A stretch of 64,000 nucleotides of DNA, taken from positions 49,184,270 through 49,248,269 of the forward strand of contig NC_068981.1 of the NCBI RefSeq assembly GCF_001194135.2, in the 5' to 3' direction. Below the pieces are notes generated by a model. That model saw only the letters and a program-made list of their open reading frames with translations, made no database searches and was not told where the DNA came from. The position numbers and the translations under genes were made by a program. Positions 62,701 through 64,000 of the stretch are shown here, piece by piece (within the stretch, counting starts at the first letter, position 1; every line of letters starts with the position of its first letter). This DNA comes from Octopus bimaculoides. Lineage: Eukaryota.

Positions 62701-64000
62701 CTCTCTCTCTCTAACTCAGTATATATACATATATGTATATATATATATATATATATNNNNNNNNNNNNNNNNNNNNNNNNNNNNNNNNNNNNNNNNNNNN
62801 NNNNNNNNNNNNNNNNNNNNNNNNNNNNNNNNNNNNNNNNNNNNNNNNNNNNNNNNNNNNNNNNNNNNNNNNNNNNNNNNNNNNNNNNNNNNNNNNNNNN
62901 NNNNNNNNNNNNNNNNNNNNNNNNNNNNNNNNNNNNNNNNNNNNNNNNNNNNNNNNNNNNNNNNNNNNNNNNNNNNNNNNNNNNNNNNNNNNNNNNNNNN
63001 NNNNNNNNNNNNNNNNNNNNNNNNNNNNNNNNNNNNNNNNNNNNNNNNNNNNNNNNNNNNNNNNNNNNNNNNNNNNNNNNNNNNNNNNNNNNNNNNNNNN
63101 NNNNNNNNNNNNNNNNNNNNNNNNNNNNNNNNNNNNNNNNNNNNNNNNNNNNNNNNNNNNNNNNNNNNNNNNNNNNNNNNNNNNNNNNNNNNNNNNNNNN
63201 NNNNNNNNNNNNNNNNNNNNNNNNNNNNNNNTATATATATATACATGCACACAGAGAAAGAGAGGCTAATATCACGTATGTGTACACACTAGCAATTATA
63301 CACACATGCAGACACAGCCACACACACACACTGTCTCACACACAGAAACATACACGTGTGTGTATTCATATACGTGCATGTGTGAGACAGTGTGTCTCAC
63401 TGGTTTTCCAATAGAACCCCGATTGCACGCTTGAACAGAGATCAGTTTGGACTTCTTTCTTTCATGTGCGTCTGTATATTGGATTTACTTTCCGCAAAAC
63501 TTCGCAGTTATTGCGGATATTGTGTTTTAAACTTCAGAAATATGCAATCAATAAGGGAATTAATATTAAATTTTATTTAACATAAATAAGCAAGAAAGCA
63601 TGAAAGTAAAATTTCTCACAGGACTGATCCAATGCATTTATTTGCTCAAAATATTTTATTACGGTCATTCTAATGTGAAACATAAACATGTGAAATATAA
63701 ACGTTTTTATTGACGAATTATTTCAAGTTAACTTTAGAATATACAGCATTACGTACGAGTGATTTCTTTCTGAATTAATTAGCATATGTATACGAAAAAG
63801 ATAAAATATTACGATCCTCTATCGTAACGCTGAAAAACATAACAAATTTAAGTTCGCCATATTTGCTTTAATTTCACTACTTTAAAATACACCAACGCGC
63901 AAAAATTATGCACAAACATGTCTATACATATGGGCGGGGACGTTCAAAGATATATGTATATATATATATATATATATATAATCTTAGTTTGGAAAGTAAC

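Larger units (their letters stand above)
701..63231. other. 22 assembly gaps (N runs, ~7.1 kb total), nearly all flanked by microsatellites
   Basis: Gaps at 701-1415, 4690-5500, 12094-12341, 13192-13360, 18748-18817, 21886-22067, 23718-24053, 26991-27271, 29185-29248, 30339-30348, 30983-31294, 32658-33034, 37633-38590, 39531-39890, 42046-42336, 45933-45942, 49245-49316, 54272-54511, 55764-55814, 57543-58340, 59279-59550, 62757-63231. Confidence 0.97.

Noticed and set aside
646-63414. Long ORFs in the supplied track (e.g. 646-1434, 4597-5505, 37520-38689, 57434-58498, 62542-63414)
   Set aside because: They are open only because N-gaps translate as X, and their flanks are (TA)n/(CA)n giving YIYI/THTH/CVCV peptides.

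Overview
AT-rich animal genomic DNA from a short-read assembly, with 22 N-gaps (~7.1 kb), nearly all bordered by (TA)n/(CA)n/(TAGA)n microsatellites. The SINE families and repeat landscape look like an octopus (cephalopod) genome; this is my inference from recognising the repeats, not a search result. I found no convincing host protein-coding gene, rRNA, true tRNA gene or CRISPR array, and almost every ORF in the supplied track is an artefact of N-gaps or microsatellites. The window reads as intergenic or intronic DNA full of decayed mobile elements: Penelope-like element (PLE) GIY-YIG remnants, a Ty3/Gypsy provirus (5' LTR, tRNA-Ser PBS, gag, PR, RT, RNase H, IN, PPT), two RTE LINE fragments, a CR1-type RT fragment, two mariner remnants, a Tigger/pogo remnant, a Tigger-type MITE and about nine tRNA-derived SINE pieces. 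The most interesting signal is a set of minimal type-I hammerhead-ribozyme-like motifs from several different repeat families: one with a perfect core but a ~107-nt loop II, an inverted pair, and one in a ~305-bp direct-repeat unit resembling a non-LTR retrozyme. Also notable: a PLE endonuclease split by a (TA)n expansion exactly at its YIG motif, a TIR-bounded element filled with (CCCTAA)n telomeric repeats with a complex local rearrangement, two ~70-bp near-perfect palindromes, and a run of seven short inverted repeats in ~130 bp. All translations and folds were done by eye and none has been validated computationally.
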